The notes: generated by a model from the letters alone, not told the origin. A stretch of DNA of 64,000 nucleotides from a virus (IMGVR_UViG_3300032007_003791), one strand, 5' to 3'. Counted from the stretch's first letter, positions 18,569 to 28,400 are shown. Numbers and translations: made by a program.

Positions 18569-21500
18569 ATGAGAATAATACTGAAAAATAGCTTCTTTTC
18601 CGTTGTCTGTTTTTTGACGGTACTCTTTTTCGGAGTCTTGTCTTGCCAGCGGGAGAACGGTCCCGTCGAGCAGGAGCCCGGTTCGCCTGTTGCTCTTGAG
18701 TCCGGGGAGGCGGCTCTTTCGTTCCGTGTCAGTACCCCGGTAGTGGGGGATGACACGAAGAGTGTCATTACGGACACTTATTTCGAGACGGGTATCCGTT
18801 CCATCCTTATCCTGGTTCTGGGCGAGGATGGCAGTTGGAAGAGCACATACAAGGAGGCTTCCTCCGGTTATCTTTCCACCGGTACCGGTGTGGTTGCTTT
18901 GGACCTTGACGCCGTGAAGGTCAGGGCGTGTTATCAGGATTACACCGTGTATGCGTTCGTGAATATGGGTAATGTGATGGATAACATGCCTGTTGATGCT
19001 TCCGGAAAACACACCCCGGATGCTTATGTGTATTCTATGCCCGTCGCGTATTCCGACTTGGGTACGCGGGGAATGCCGATGTGTGCGAAGGTGACTGTGG
19101 ATACTGACGACCTTCCCGCCGGAGGCCAGGCAAACGTCGTGTTGACACTCAGGCGTCTGATGGCGAAGGTGGTGATTTCGGTAAACAAGACCGGTATGAC
19201 CGGTGAGAATGCGGGTGTCCTGAACAGCAGCATTATCCGCGTGCGTCAGGTTCCTCGTGTCATTCGTCCTTTTGCCGCCGGTGGTTCCGGTGCATTGGAG
19301 GTAGTGGAGCTTTATGGCGGTGTCGGTGCATCTTCTACGGATACTGATTATTATTCTTTTAGTGCCGGTGCAGCCGCCGGTGCAGCTTATCATACTAACG
19401 TGACCACTCTTTATGTGCCGGAGAACTACCAGGGCGTAGGTTCGGAGACGAGCCAGGAGAAGAAGGCGACCGCTCCCGGGGAGACACCCACGGGGAGACA
19501 GGCTCTTGCTACTTTCCTGGAGTATAAGGCTTCCAAGAGTGGTACTAATGACGGCGTAAGCGGCAACCTCACTTACAAGGCTTATCTTGGAGAGAATGTA
19601 GTCAACGATTACAATGTTATCGGGGATAAGGTGTATCGTGCCACTTTGAATTTGAGCTGGAACGGGTTGTTCTTTGATGGGGACTGGAGGGTGGATAATA
19701 GCGACATCACGGACAGCCGGAGGCTTTATTTGTCGACGACGGCGAATGCTTCCTCCGCGTCGTTTGACTGGGGAAGACTGCGGCGGAACGTGGCGTCACA
19801 GCTGTATGTGAACTTCTCCCGTGACGGCGGGGCGTCGTGGGTCCATTCCGCGAAGGACATTGACGGCTGGCCGTACGGCTGGGACCTGTATATCGACGGT
19901 GTGAAGCAGGCTGCCGGGGCTTCCGCGACGGCTGCGGGTGACCTCGGGTGGTCGTATGTCGGCGACCCTTCGAGGGACCAGCTGTTCATTACCCCGGGGC
20001 CCTCGTCGGTTGCCAGCTCGGTGCATACCCTGCAGGTGAAGTCCGCCGATGGAAGGGTGGCGTCGAACGAGGTGACGTTTGAGGTGTCGCAGCCGCTGAA
20101 TCTCTTTTGGCCTTACGGTAGCGGCTCGTATTACGTAGCCCAGCGGCCGGTTCTTGTTCAGAACACAGGGCTCGAAGACAGCAGCGCAACGATTACTTTC
20201 TCGGAAAAGGACGGCAAGACCGGTATCGAATTCGTATCCTTATCGAAGACATCCATGTATATTAACCTCCTTGCTGCGGGTGAATACACCATTGTCGCAA
20301 CGGCCTCCAACGGTCAGACGGGAGAAACGACCCTTACCGTGAAGGATCCTGTCGTGGAGCAGCTCTGGACGTCACAGGCGCTCTGGGTGGATGGAACTGA
20401 CAGTGATAGGATGCTTCGTTACAAGAATACCGAGGGCACGGAAATGACGGTTGCAGATAACGACAATCAGGGTTACGGCACCAAGTTCGCTCCGTCGCTT
20501 TATGAGACGCTGCTGAAACCCCGGATTACGGGCGTGAGTCAGTTTAACAGCGTTCCGTTCAATACCGGCGTTGTGAACCTTATTTCCCTTTCGGAAGAGA
20601 ATAAACTGTATGTCAATACGCTGGAATGTACGACCCCCGGCAAGGAAATAAAAGTCAAGGATAATCTGTCGACACCTTTCAAGGTCGATATTCAGGCAGG
20701 TGTGGAGACATTTTGGTATATGACTTCCTTCAAGGACCCGTTCCTGGATGTCGTCATTACGAATAATGACAAGACTTTCCATGATTTCACAACGATGTAC
20801 AGTCACATGACTTCATCGCAGATTGCTACATACAGTGCGTCCGAGACATACTCTTTCGCATCAGGTAGCAACAAGAGAATCTATGCACAGCCGGCCTATG
20901 TACTGACACAGACTTCATCTGAGATTCAAACTACACGCGATGCGCTCGTCGGTACTTACAGCGGAGGTAATTCTGTTTCCATAGGGCTTACGGCTGGAAC
21001 GGGAGGAACCAGTTTATACCACCCTTCGGGAAAGAAGTCTGTATTCATCCACGTGCAGAACCGTCATGATGTTGCCGCCGGTGGCGAAAGGGCCCTGTAT
21101 AGTCTGTCCAAGCAAATCGGTAAAGCGAAAATCTATATGCATGCTGTTTTTGCAACCGTCATGAAGCCGCAGAGCAATTCGTATCAATATGTTGCAGATA
21201 TCCTTAACAGTCCCAGGAATTATAAGAAACAGACCGTTTCGGATGTCTGGGATATCCGGTATCTGTACGGCGGGTTCCTGAACAACCAGGATGCAACATC
21301 GAATAGTGAAGTAAGGAGGCTCTTTGTCAATGTTGCTTCCGGTAATCCTGCGTTTGTACGCCTTGCCCTTACTGACGAACAAGGATTTGAATATCGTTCG
21401 GGGGGCCGGGTCCTTACAGCCCCGTATGGATTTGTTCAACGTCGCGACCTCAATATCTTAGACGCTGACTGTTGCCTAGGCATAGGTTACGCCATCTTGA

Positions 21501-21751
21501 AGACGACTGACGGCAGCGGTAACGGAATAACCTGGAACTGGAGCACCTGGAAGAATTCATCCATAACCTCTCCTTTCTGCACTTTTGATCCAAGCTATGA
21601 TTATACGAAAGTCTCCTGGTCCGAAAACGGGCTGACGGGACGGTATTTTACGGATATTTATAGTGAAAGGGATGGAAATCTAAACGGATATCTGATTATC
21701 CATCTTCTGCAGGATATGCCGGTCAATCCGAACAACGGATATATCGAATAG
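18569..21751 (+). CDS. Large tip pilin/adhesin with a DUF4906-like region, 1060 aa
   Basis: Lipobox VLSC; DTKS; LRRLMAKV; LYVPENYQG; YLGENVVNDYNVIGDKVYRATL; long beta-rich C-terminus. Confidence 0.75.
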   Translation: MRIILKNSFFSVVCFLTVLFFGVLSCQRENGPVEQEPGSPVALESGEAALSFRVSTPVVGDDTKSVITDTYFETGIRSILILVLGEDGSWKSTYKEASSGYLSTGTGVVALDLDAVKVRACYQDYTVYAFVNMGNVMDNMPVDASGKHTPDAYVYSMPVAYSDLGTRGMPMCAKVTVDTDDLPAGGQANVVLTLRRLMAKVVISVNKTGMTGENAGVLNSSIIRVRQVPRVIRPFAAGGSGALEVVELYGGVGASSTDTDYYSFSAGAAAGAAYHTNVTTLYVPENYQGVGSETSQEKKATAPGETPTGRQALATFLEYKASKSGTNDGVSGNLTYKAYLGENVVNDYNVIGDKVYRATLNLSWNGLFFDGDWRVDNSDITDSRRLYLSTTANASSASFDWGRLRRNVASQLYVNFSRDGGASWVHSAKDIDGWPYGWDLYIDGVKQAAGASATAAGDLGWSYVGDPSRDQLFITPGPSSVASSVHTLQVKSADGRVASNEVTFEVSQPLNLFWPYGSGSYYVAQRPVLVQNTGLEDSSATITFSEKDGKTGIEFVSLSKTSMYINLLAAGEYTIVATASNGQTGETTLTVKDPVVEQLWTSQALWVDGTDSDRMLRYKNTEGTEMTVADNDNQGYGTKFAPSLYETLLKPRITGVSQFNSVPFNTGVVNLISLSEENKLYVNTLECTTPGKEIKVKDNLSTPFKVDIQAGVETFWYMTSFKDPFLDVVITNNDKTFHDFTTMYSHMTSSQIATYSASETYSFASGSNKRIYAQPAYVLTQTSSEIQTTRDALVGTYSGGNSVSIGLTAGTGGTSLYHPSGKKSVFIHVQNRHDVAAGGERALYSLSKQIGKAKIYMHAVFATVMKPQSNSYQYVADILNSPRNYKKQTVSDVWDIRYLYGGFLNNQDATSNSEVRRLFVNVASGNPAFVRLALTDEQGFEYRSGGRVLTAPYGFVQRRDLNILDADCCLGIGYAILKTTDGSGNGITWNWSTWKNSSITSPFCTFDPSYDYTKVSWSENGLTGRYFTDIYSERDGNLNGYLIIHLLQDMPVNPNNGYIE

Positions 21752-21754
21752 CCT

Positions 21755-21787
21755 AAAGGGCGGTTCCCGATAACGGGGCCGCCCTTT
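21755..21787. terminator. Probable bidirectional terminator between convergent genes
   Basis: AAAGGGCGG...CCGCCCTTT stem. Confidence 0.7.
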
Positions 21788-21844
21788 ACGGTAAATTGCC
21801 GGAGTCCTATGGATTTTTCTGCTACTGGCGCACGTGAGAAGCGG

Positions 21845-23047
21845 TTAATACAAAAATCCAAACAGCCAAAGGGGAATCTTATTTCCACGTCCGAATTCTA
21901 CGCCGTCAATAGCTAAAAAACTATTATCTATATCCTTTATTTGTTCAAAGCTCTTTCCGGGACCTCCTACTTCAAACAGGTACTTTTCGTCCACCAGAAA
22001 ATCGCCTTTGGGTGGATAATATACATTGCAGACTCTGCTCAGCTGATTGTAGAAGAAGGACTCCCGGATGGTTCCAATCTCCGGGTTGCCGGATAGGGCA
22101 TACATGAGATTGGGATTATCCAGGAAGAGTTTGTCAGGTGAGGACAGTTTCTTCACGGATTTGGGTTTGGTTTTGAGTTGACCAATAAGGGCAGCCCGCT
22201 CGAGAAGGTCCATCAGTTTAAGCCCTTGCTCCCGATTGGTCTCCAACTGATTATAAATCTCTTCCATATTGGGGATAAAAGGAACCTGGGCTGCTATGAT
22301 ATAGAGCAACTTCTTAAGTTTTTGTATAGTAGCATACTCCACTTCGGTAACAGCCGGGATATCCTGCTCAATCACCTGACGACAGACCTCGGCCAGGCGG
22401 TCGTTGAATCCTTCCGGATCTTCCTTATAGAAGGGGTAATAACCATGTTTGAGGTAATCGTTGAAGTAGTTCAGGACATGGATTTTGCCAGTGATTTCCG
22501 TAGCTATTTCCACGTGACGGGTTAGGATATCCTCCAAACTGACCTTTTCCCATGACATGATGCCTTCAAAGGCAAGGTATTCGCGGAAAGACATTCCGTG
22601 GACCGTGTTCATGGAAGTTCTTCTGGAGAGATCCACATTGCCCTCGCCAATCTGGAGCATAGAACTTCCCGTGAATACAACATTCATCGTAGGATAGTTG
22701 TCATAGATATTCTTGATACCCCACTCCCAATTCTTGTATTTATGCACTTCGTCCAGGAAGAGATGGGTACCACCGTGGATATAGTGGTACTCAACCAGGT
22801 CGTCCAGGCTGTTTCCGTTGAACCAGATATGGTCCAGCGAAGCATAAAGAATCTTGCTATCATCAGTGAACGACTCCTTGATATGCTGCTTGAGGAGCGT
22901 GGATTTTCCCACACCTTTCGGGCCTTTGATGCCGATTATCCTGGGCTTCCAGTTGATATGGTCATATATCTCCCGTTTGAAGTCAAGGCTGACTTGTGAC
23001 ACCAGTCTGTGCGAGTTTCTGTAAAGTACGTCCGGATTCAGTTCCAT
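21845..23047 (-). CDS. AAA_14 ATPase with a DUF4143-type C-terminal domain
   Basis: Walker A GPKGVGKST, Walker B LFLDEVH, FTGSS, KLFLDNPNL, GTIRESFF, DFLVD...FEVGG. Confidence 0.88.
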   Translation of the reverse strand: MELNPDVLYRNSHRLVSQVSLDFKREIYDHINWKPRIIGIKGPKGVGKSTLLKQHIKESFTDDSKILYASLDHIWFNGNSLDDLVEYHYIHGGTHLFLDEVHKYKNWEWGIKNIYDNYPTMNVVFTGSSMLQIGEGNVDLSRRTSMNTVHGMSFREYLAFEGIMSWEKVSLEDILTRHVEIATEITGKIHVLNYFNDYLKHGYYPFYKEDPEGFNDRLAEVCRQVIEQDIPAVTEVEYATIQKLKKLLYIIAAQVPFIPNMEEIYNQLETNREQGLKLMDLLERAALIGQLKTKPKSVKKLSSPDKLFLDNPNLMYALSGNPEIGTIRESFFYNQLSRVCNVYYPPKGDFLVDEKYLFEVGGPGKSFEQIKDIDNSFLAIDGVEFGRGNKIPLWLFGFLY

Positions 23048-23069
23048 ATCTTTGTGCTTTAAATCAATG

Positions 23070-23132
23070 CAAATATACAAAACAATCTTGGAAGATTGAA
23101 ATTCTTAAAAAAAACAATCTTGGAAGATTGAA
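23070..23132 (-). promoter_or_regulatory. -7 box plus two identical palindromic operator-like sites
   Basis: TATATTTG (minus strand, 23070-23077); AAAACAATCTTGGAAGATTGAA at 23079-23100 and 23111-23132, each containing the palindrome CAATCTT-GG-AAGATTG. Confidence 0.75.
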
Positions 23133-23232
23133 CGAAAGGGAAGTTAGTCTCCAGATGAGAACTTACTTCCCTATGCTAATTTCCCATTTGATTATTTATA
23201 AAAGGTTAAATAATGGAAAAACAAAATGCCAC

Positions 23233-23273
23233 AAAAAAGGGACGGGCCTCTGCAATGAGTTCCGTCCCTCTTT
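23233..23273 (-). terminator. Intrinsic terminator for the leftward lipoprotein genes
   Basis: GC-rich stem AGGGACGG/CCGTCCCT followed on the minus strand by a T-tract. Confidence 0.75.
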
Positions 23274-23290
23274 CAGTGACAACAGTTCTT

Positions 23291-24334
23291 CTATGGAATA
23301 ATCTTGACGCTGTTGGAAATCGCCCACAGCTTCCCGGCGGAATCAGCCCTGGTCCCGTCAGCCACCTTCGTCTGCATGAGAAAATAATGTCCGGGAGGGC
23401 AATAGTAATCTATGACTAAATTAGGATTACCACCCGCTATAGAACAGAAGAAAATCGATTTTCCGTGTAGGATACTCACGTCCGTTCCGTTCGGAATTGT
23501 ATATTCACGTCCGCCGTTTACATTGTCAAACCACTGGAACTCTCCCTTGCAGAATATGTTCGAGACGACGCCGGGATGCCCGTAAGCGATACTGCTGAAG
23601 TTCAGCCGCCTGACGGTCGTGTTTTCCGGCTGGATGTGAAGGATTTCCAGTTTGTGAAGATTGAGGTCTTCCCTATCATAGAAACTGTACATCTCTTCAA
23701 TGGTTTCGTACGAATCCGTCACTTTGTCATCTGACAAGTACTTCACGTTGTAGAAAGGGAACTCTTTTTGCTTGTCATGTAGTTCGGCGCTGTATTGCCC
23801 TCCAATTACCTTAATCAGCACCTCTTCTTTATCGTCAATCCTCACGAGGAGCCCTTCCACCGGGATGCTCTTTCTGGCCTGGACCTTGAAGGTAACGGAG
23901 GTGTTTCCGTCTTTGTTCCCATTCCAGACCGTGACGGTGGCATCGCCGTCGGAGACGTAGGAGATGGAGAAGCTGCTTTGGTCCTTGCGCTCGAGCTTGA
24001 TGCAGGCGTTGTCGGTCCTGGCGTTGATGCCGGGGAAACCGCTCGCATTATCCGGCACGGCCTCGAGGGTAAAGGTGTTGAAGGGCGTTATGGCAAGCTC
24101 GTCGAGCTCCTCCAGTTCGGAGTCCATGACGCCGCCTTTGGAAATGGTCCAGGGGAGGACGTAGGTTCCGTCGCTTCTTGTTTCCTTTCCTTTCAGGGAG
24201 AACGGGGCTTCCGTGATTGTCTCCGTCTTGGGGTTGACCTCATCCAGGGGGTCCTTCTGGCAGGCCACGACGACGGCCCCTGCCAGCATCATTACAAGGC
24301 CCATCAGGGCGCTGGTATGAAGAATGTGTTTCAT
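23291..24334 (-). CDS. Hypothetical surface lipoprotein
   Basis: Lipobox VVAC; beta-rich Ig-like character; own -7 box TACCTTTG at 24385-24392. Confidence 0.7.
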   Translation of the reverse strand: MKHILHTSALMGLVMMLAGAVVVACQKDPLDEVNPKTETITEAPFSLKGKETRSDGTYVLPWTISKGGVMDSELEELDELAITPFNTFTLEAVPDNASGFPGINARTDNACIKLERKDQSSFSISYVSDGDATVTVWNGNKDGNTSVTFKVQARKSIPVEGLLVRIDDKEEVLIKVIGGQYSAELHDKQKEFPFYNVKYLSDDKVTDSYETIEEMYSFYDREDLNLHKLEILHIQPENTTVRRLNFSSIAYGHPGVVSNIFCKGEFQWFDNVNGGREYTIPNGTDVSILHGKSIFFCSIAGGNPNLVIDYYCPPGHYFLMQTKVADGTRADSAGKLWAISNSVKIIP

Positions 24335-24399
24335 AGTGTGAAATTTTTATTGTTAATTTTTAAAATTGTTCTTGTTTTTTAATGCAAAGGTAAGAAATA

Positions 24400-26037
24400 T
24401 CACAACAGATATCCTTGGAATGCAATACCTTTTTCTTTGAGCCAGGAGGAAGCCTTCTCAAAGTCAAACGACCAGTAGACGTAATCAAGGTTGTTTCCGT
24501 CGTGGTTTTCTGCTTTGACGTACGCTGCCACTTGGAGGTAAGGAGTAGGAGTGTAGTATTCCTTAACCATTGTTCCGTTTCGGTTAACCCACTTGCTTGC
24601 GCCGTTGGTTCTTGCGCTGACTCCGGACATTTTCGCTTTGGTCCAGGAGAGGGCGGCGTTTATCCATCCTTTATGGAGTGTGAACGTTCCGTATCCCGTT
24701 CCGTTCCACTGCGTGAAATCCGTCCCTACCCATTGGAAGTTCACATATTCGTAATTTTCTTCCTCGTAGTAGTAATCACCTGTTGAAGTTGCATTCGTGT
24801 AGGGGATTACCGCTCTTGCGACGGCGTGGAATGTGAAGTCTGTCGTGAAGTCTGCTGTGTTCCCGTTGGGGCTCGTTAGTGTTGCGTAGATCGAACTGCC
24901 GTCAATCGAAATAGAACAGACGTATTCGTCTTTCACCTTTTTGACATCTATTACGGACGTTTTGAATTCTTCAAGTTCGTATTTAATCAGGAAGGAGTGT
25001 TCTCCTCTTGAGGGACGTTCCAGGATAAAGACATTACCAGGATTTTTCTTGAGGTCTTTTCCATCCGTCAGGTCTACGACTGAAACGGTCGGCTCAGCAT
25101 TGTCTATTCCTTCAAGTTTTGCAAGAAGCCAGGAGGATTTGTTTTCCACGGTGTTGTATATATCATGGAAGTAATACATTTCCGAAGTCATCTTGCTGTC
25201 TCGGAACCAGCGTTGTTCCGGCTGGACTATATGGAAGACAGACACTGTTTCAAGGGTCGCATCCTGTTTCTTCTCATTTGTCGGCGTTGCGATAATCTTT
25301 ATATCGTGCTTTCCGGTTTCCTGAGGAAGAGCGGAACATTTAAAGACAAGTTTTTCGTTCTTGGCATTGAGCTTGTGTTCTGCTTCTTTGTCGTCGATAA
25401 GCACGGAGAAAGAATATCTTTCATGCAGTTGATCTATCTCCTGGTTACAGGTAAGGTCGATATTGAGTGGCGTTTCTTTGAGGATATACTTACTGTTTTT
25501 TATTGTAAGGTGAAGGGAAGGGGTGTCCTCCTGTTCTTCTTCCTCGGGCTCGTTCTCATCTTCGTCTTCCTGTCCTTTCTTGTCGTCAGGGGTTTCTTCG
25601 CTTGATTCATCCTTTCCCCTTGTGTCGAAAAGGTAGGTGAACTTCACCAGCGCATTTGTGTAGACGTCCCTGAGGTTGTAAGTGACGAATCCTTCGGAGT
25701 ATTTCGTGAAGTAAATGTTCACGAAGGTTTTTTCTCCTTTTCGTATCACGTCAGGAGGCGTCACCACGGTACTCTCTTCAAAGGCGGGTGTTACGCTGTC
25801 GAATTCGATCCTTCTCTGGTCATTATTGAAAGAGAGGCTGATTTTCCCCGATTCCCCTTCGATGAGTGTGATTGTCTCATTTGCATTTTCGAAGGAGACG
25901 GTTCCGTTTCTGGTTGTGACGGTAAGAAGTATCTCTTCCACTTTCGGGGTGGGCAGGGCTTCCTCGTGTTTTTCGCACGAGGGGAGTCCAAGTACAATTG
26001 CAAGGGCCCAGACCGGTATGCGGTTTTGCCGGAGCAT
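24400..26037 (-). CDS. Hypothetical surface lipoprotein, about 545 aa, with an acidic linker
   Basis: Lipobox LPSC after MLRQNRIPVWALAIVLG; beta-rich domains. Confidence 0.7.
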   Translation of the reverse strand: MLRQNRIPVWALAIVLGLPSCEKHEEALPTPKVEEILLTVTTRNGTVSFENANETITLIEGESGKISLSFNNDQRRIEFDSVTPAFEESTVVTPPDVIRKGEKTFVNIYFTKYSEGFVTYNLRDVYTNALVKFTYLFDTRGKDESSEETPDDKKGQEDEDENEPEEEEQEDTPSLHLTIKNSKYILKETPLNIDLTCNQEIDQLHERYSFSVLIDDKEAEHKLNAKNEKLVFKCSALPQETGKHDIKIIATPTNEKKQDATLETVSVFHIVQPEQRWFRDSKMTSEMYYFHDIYNTVENKSSWLLAKLEGIDNAEPTVSVVDLTDGKDLKKNPGNVFILERPSRGEHSFLIKYELEEFKTSVIDVKKVKDEYVCSISIDGSSIYATLTSPNGNTADFTTDFTFHAVARAVIPYTNATSTGDYYYEEENYEYVNFQWVGTDFTQWNGTGYGTFTLHKGWINAALSWTKAKMSGVSARTNGASKWVNRNGTMVKEYYTPTPYLQVAAYVKAENHDGNNLDYVYWSFDFEKASSWLKEKGIAFQGYLL

Positions 26038-26241
26038 TTTAGATGCCTCTGGAGGCGGATTCAAGGATAGCGATAACGACTCTGATCGGGACAGTCACGA
26101 GTTTCCACGCGACTTTGATGATTATGTAAAGAGTGATTAACATAGCTGTATGTATTTAATCGGTTGCAATTTAATATTTTTTTGTTAAAAACAATAATTT
26201 TTTGTTGAAGAAACGTTTCTTTTTCTCTTTTTGGTAGGGTT

Positions 26242-26509
26242 TTCCTTCCGCTGTAGGCGTTCCTTCCGGACACATAGCGCAAAACCCGAATGTGCAAATG
26301 CGTGGCGGATTTTTTTATAAGGCACCATCGGTGCCGATAAAAAAATCCGCAAACGTGCGTGGAATAGGGGAGGCGGCCTCAAGCCGTCTCCCCGTACATT
26401 TGCACGGCGCCACCCTGAAGTGGCGCAAGCGATGACACACCTTGGTGTGCATCGCGGCAAGGGTTTCGCAAAATTTGTGTCCAGCGAAGGAACCCGCAGG
26501 CGGATGGAA
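26242..26509. other. Nested cloverleaf palindrome of about 270 nt
   Basis: Outer stems TTCCTTCCGC/GCGGATGGAA, GTTCCTTC/GAAGGAAC, GGACACA/TGTGTCC; inner hairpins GCGGATTTTTTTAT/ATAAAAAAATCCGC, GGGGAGGCGGC/GCCGTCTCCCC, GCGCCAC/GTGGCGC, GCGATG-CACACC/GGTGTG-CATCGC. Confidence 0.8.
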
Positions 26510-26651
26510 TTAACACACCACTTTCTTTCCGTGCGGAGCCGGAGTGTGGGAGTCGTGGTGATATAGAACGAGACTGGACTTATTTTTGAAAAAAATGTAG
26601 GCCGAAAAGAAGTCGGATTTTAGGAAAAAGTGTAAAATATATTTGTAAAAG

Positions 26652-28400
26652 GTGAAGCCTCACATGACTAAAGTCACGTGCTTCCTAATGCCACAACGCA
26701 CAGCGTTGTGCGTTGATGGTTCCGCTTGAGGCGGATCGGACTCCCTCGTCGTCCCCGACGTTATACGCTCAGCAGACTGCCGGCTTACGCCACCAGCGCC
26801 GCACGCAAATCTTTAAGGTCGGACAGGGTGCATGTGCTTCTATGCGACACCGATGGAACTTTTGCCTCCAGTGCCGACCTCGTCTTCGCAGACTGGCTAC
26901 GCAGGATTTCGCGGATGAAGTATCTTGCCCCGATATTATATGAGGCGTTTAGGTCGCAGTTGTAGATCTTTCCGGTAGTGAAACGACAAATAGAATAACT
27001 GACCTTGGCTTTGTGTGCCCGTTTACAGGATTGAAGTGGACTGTCATTTGCCTGATGTTCAGACCTGATAATCTCCGCCAGTTCCCGGCCACGCAGGACC
27101 TTTCCGCTGCCATCGAATGCCAGGCGTGACGTGTTCCATGCGCAGACACGGGATATACGGATTCCGGCCCGATGTGCCTTGTTCCCAACCACGGACTGCA
27201 CATACTGCGCACGCCAATGATGAAGACGCTGCCGCTTCGAACCGCATTTCCTGCCCTGCAATTCCAACGCCTCCATTACAATGACATCGACGCTATATTC
27301 CATCGCAACATCAACGATGAACTGCGCCGTCTTAACGGCAATGCCATCATTGACGCCCCTGGCCCTTGCCCAGAGCTTCGGCATCCGTCTGGCGCCAACT
27401 CTCTGCGCACGCTTGATTTTGTCCAGCGCATGCTTCAGACGGTCGTATTCTGCCGGAAGACGAAGAAAGCGTCTCCCGACGACCGCGCCGTCGGATTGCA
27501 TCACTGAACAGGTACATGCGTTATTGATGCCAAGGTCAACGGATAATATCCGCGTATTCTCTATGTCGTTTTGCTCTGATAATGATATTTTCTCTTCAAA
27601 AGTGAAGTCCAGGCTCCATACTTTGCCACGCCTGCGGAGAACAGGAACGCATTCCTTGCGAGTCGAACAACGCCTCAGAATATAATCTACGTCCGTTTTC
27701 CGCAACTTCACATCTATCCAGTCCCACGTGTTTCGTATCCAGACCTTGATTCTTGCAGAATAAGTCCCTGTGCGGACAAAACAGTTGTCGCGGTACATGG
27801 CCGGGCATACGTATCCCGCTTTCGGAGGAGAAGGACGTTTCTTTCTGTCGCAGGAAGAAAGCCGCTGCCAGTTGTTGAGATTCGAACGGTATGACGACAC
27901 CAGCCCGAACGCCTCCGCAATGGCTGCGCGCCGAAGATAACACGGGAACTTGTAGAAATCGACAGAAAAATCATATCGAGGCGAAGGATTGCGCACCGAA
28001 CGCACACAGAGGCGTTCTGTGACATTGACGGCCATCTGGTTGTTCGTGCAGTCCACGTATGCGTTCCATTCGGCGTCAATGACAGCAATGAACCAGTCAA
28101 CAACGCGCCGATATTTTCCGACAGTATCCAAGAACACACCGGACATGTTACAGTCAGGAGACAGTCTTACGCTATATGATGTCAGAATCTTCACCGTATC
28201 TTCTGTCCGTTGATATAGCCTGCAGTTTACAGCTGCAATTTTTGTGCCGTCTAACTCACGACTGAAGTCACGAGAATGCGACTGCACGGTTTCTTCAAGA
28301 AAAGGTGTAAATTTAGGCGTTAAAACATAAAGAAAAAGTGTATTGTCAGCCACCCACGAATGAATTCGTGGGCTTGTCACAAGCCAACACACCTGTGAAA
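26652..28400 (-). mobile_element. IS200/IS605-family solo-tnpB element 3 (left boundary approximate)
   Basis: Right end GAAG-CACGTGACTTTAGTCATGTG-AGGCT-TCAC ends at 26652 (GAAG/TCAC pair); left hairpin CAAG-CCCACGAATTCATTCGTGGG at about 28353-28379. Confidence 0.82.
26785..28194 (-). CDS. tnpB: TnpB-family RNA-guided nuclease, about 469 aa
   Basis: RuvC-I SVDLGINN, RuvC-II IVMEAL, RuvC-III NCDLNASYNIGAR; GTG start at MKILTSYSV chosen because the longer ORF reads through the left-end hairpin. Confidence 0.88.
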   Translation of the reverse strand: MKILTSYSVRLSPDCNMSGVFLDTVGKYRRVVDWFIAVIDAEWNAYVDCTNNQMAVNVTERLCVRSVRNPSPRYDFSVDFYKFPCYLRRAAIAEAFGLVSSYRSNLNNWQRLSSCDRKKRPSPPKAGYVCPAMYRDNCFVRTGTYSARIKVWIRNTWDWIDVKLRKTDVDYILRRCSTRKECVPVLRRRGKVWSLDFTFEEKISLSEQNDIENTRILSVDLGINNACTCSVMQSDGAVVGRRFLRLPAEYDRLKHALDKIKRAQRVGARRMPKLWARARGVNDGIAVKTAQFIVDVAMEYSVDVIVMEALELQGRKCGSKRQRLHHWRAQYVQSVVGNKAHRAGIRISRVCAWNTSRLAFDGSGKVLRGRELAEIIRSEHQANDSPLQSCKRAHKAKVSYSICRFTTGKIYNCDLNASYNIGARYFIREILRSQSAKTRSALEAKVPSVSHRSTCTLSDLKDLRAALVA

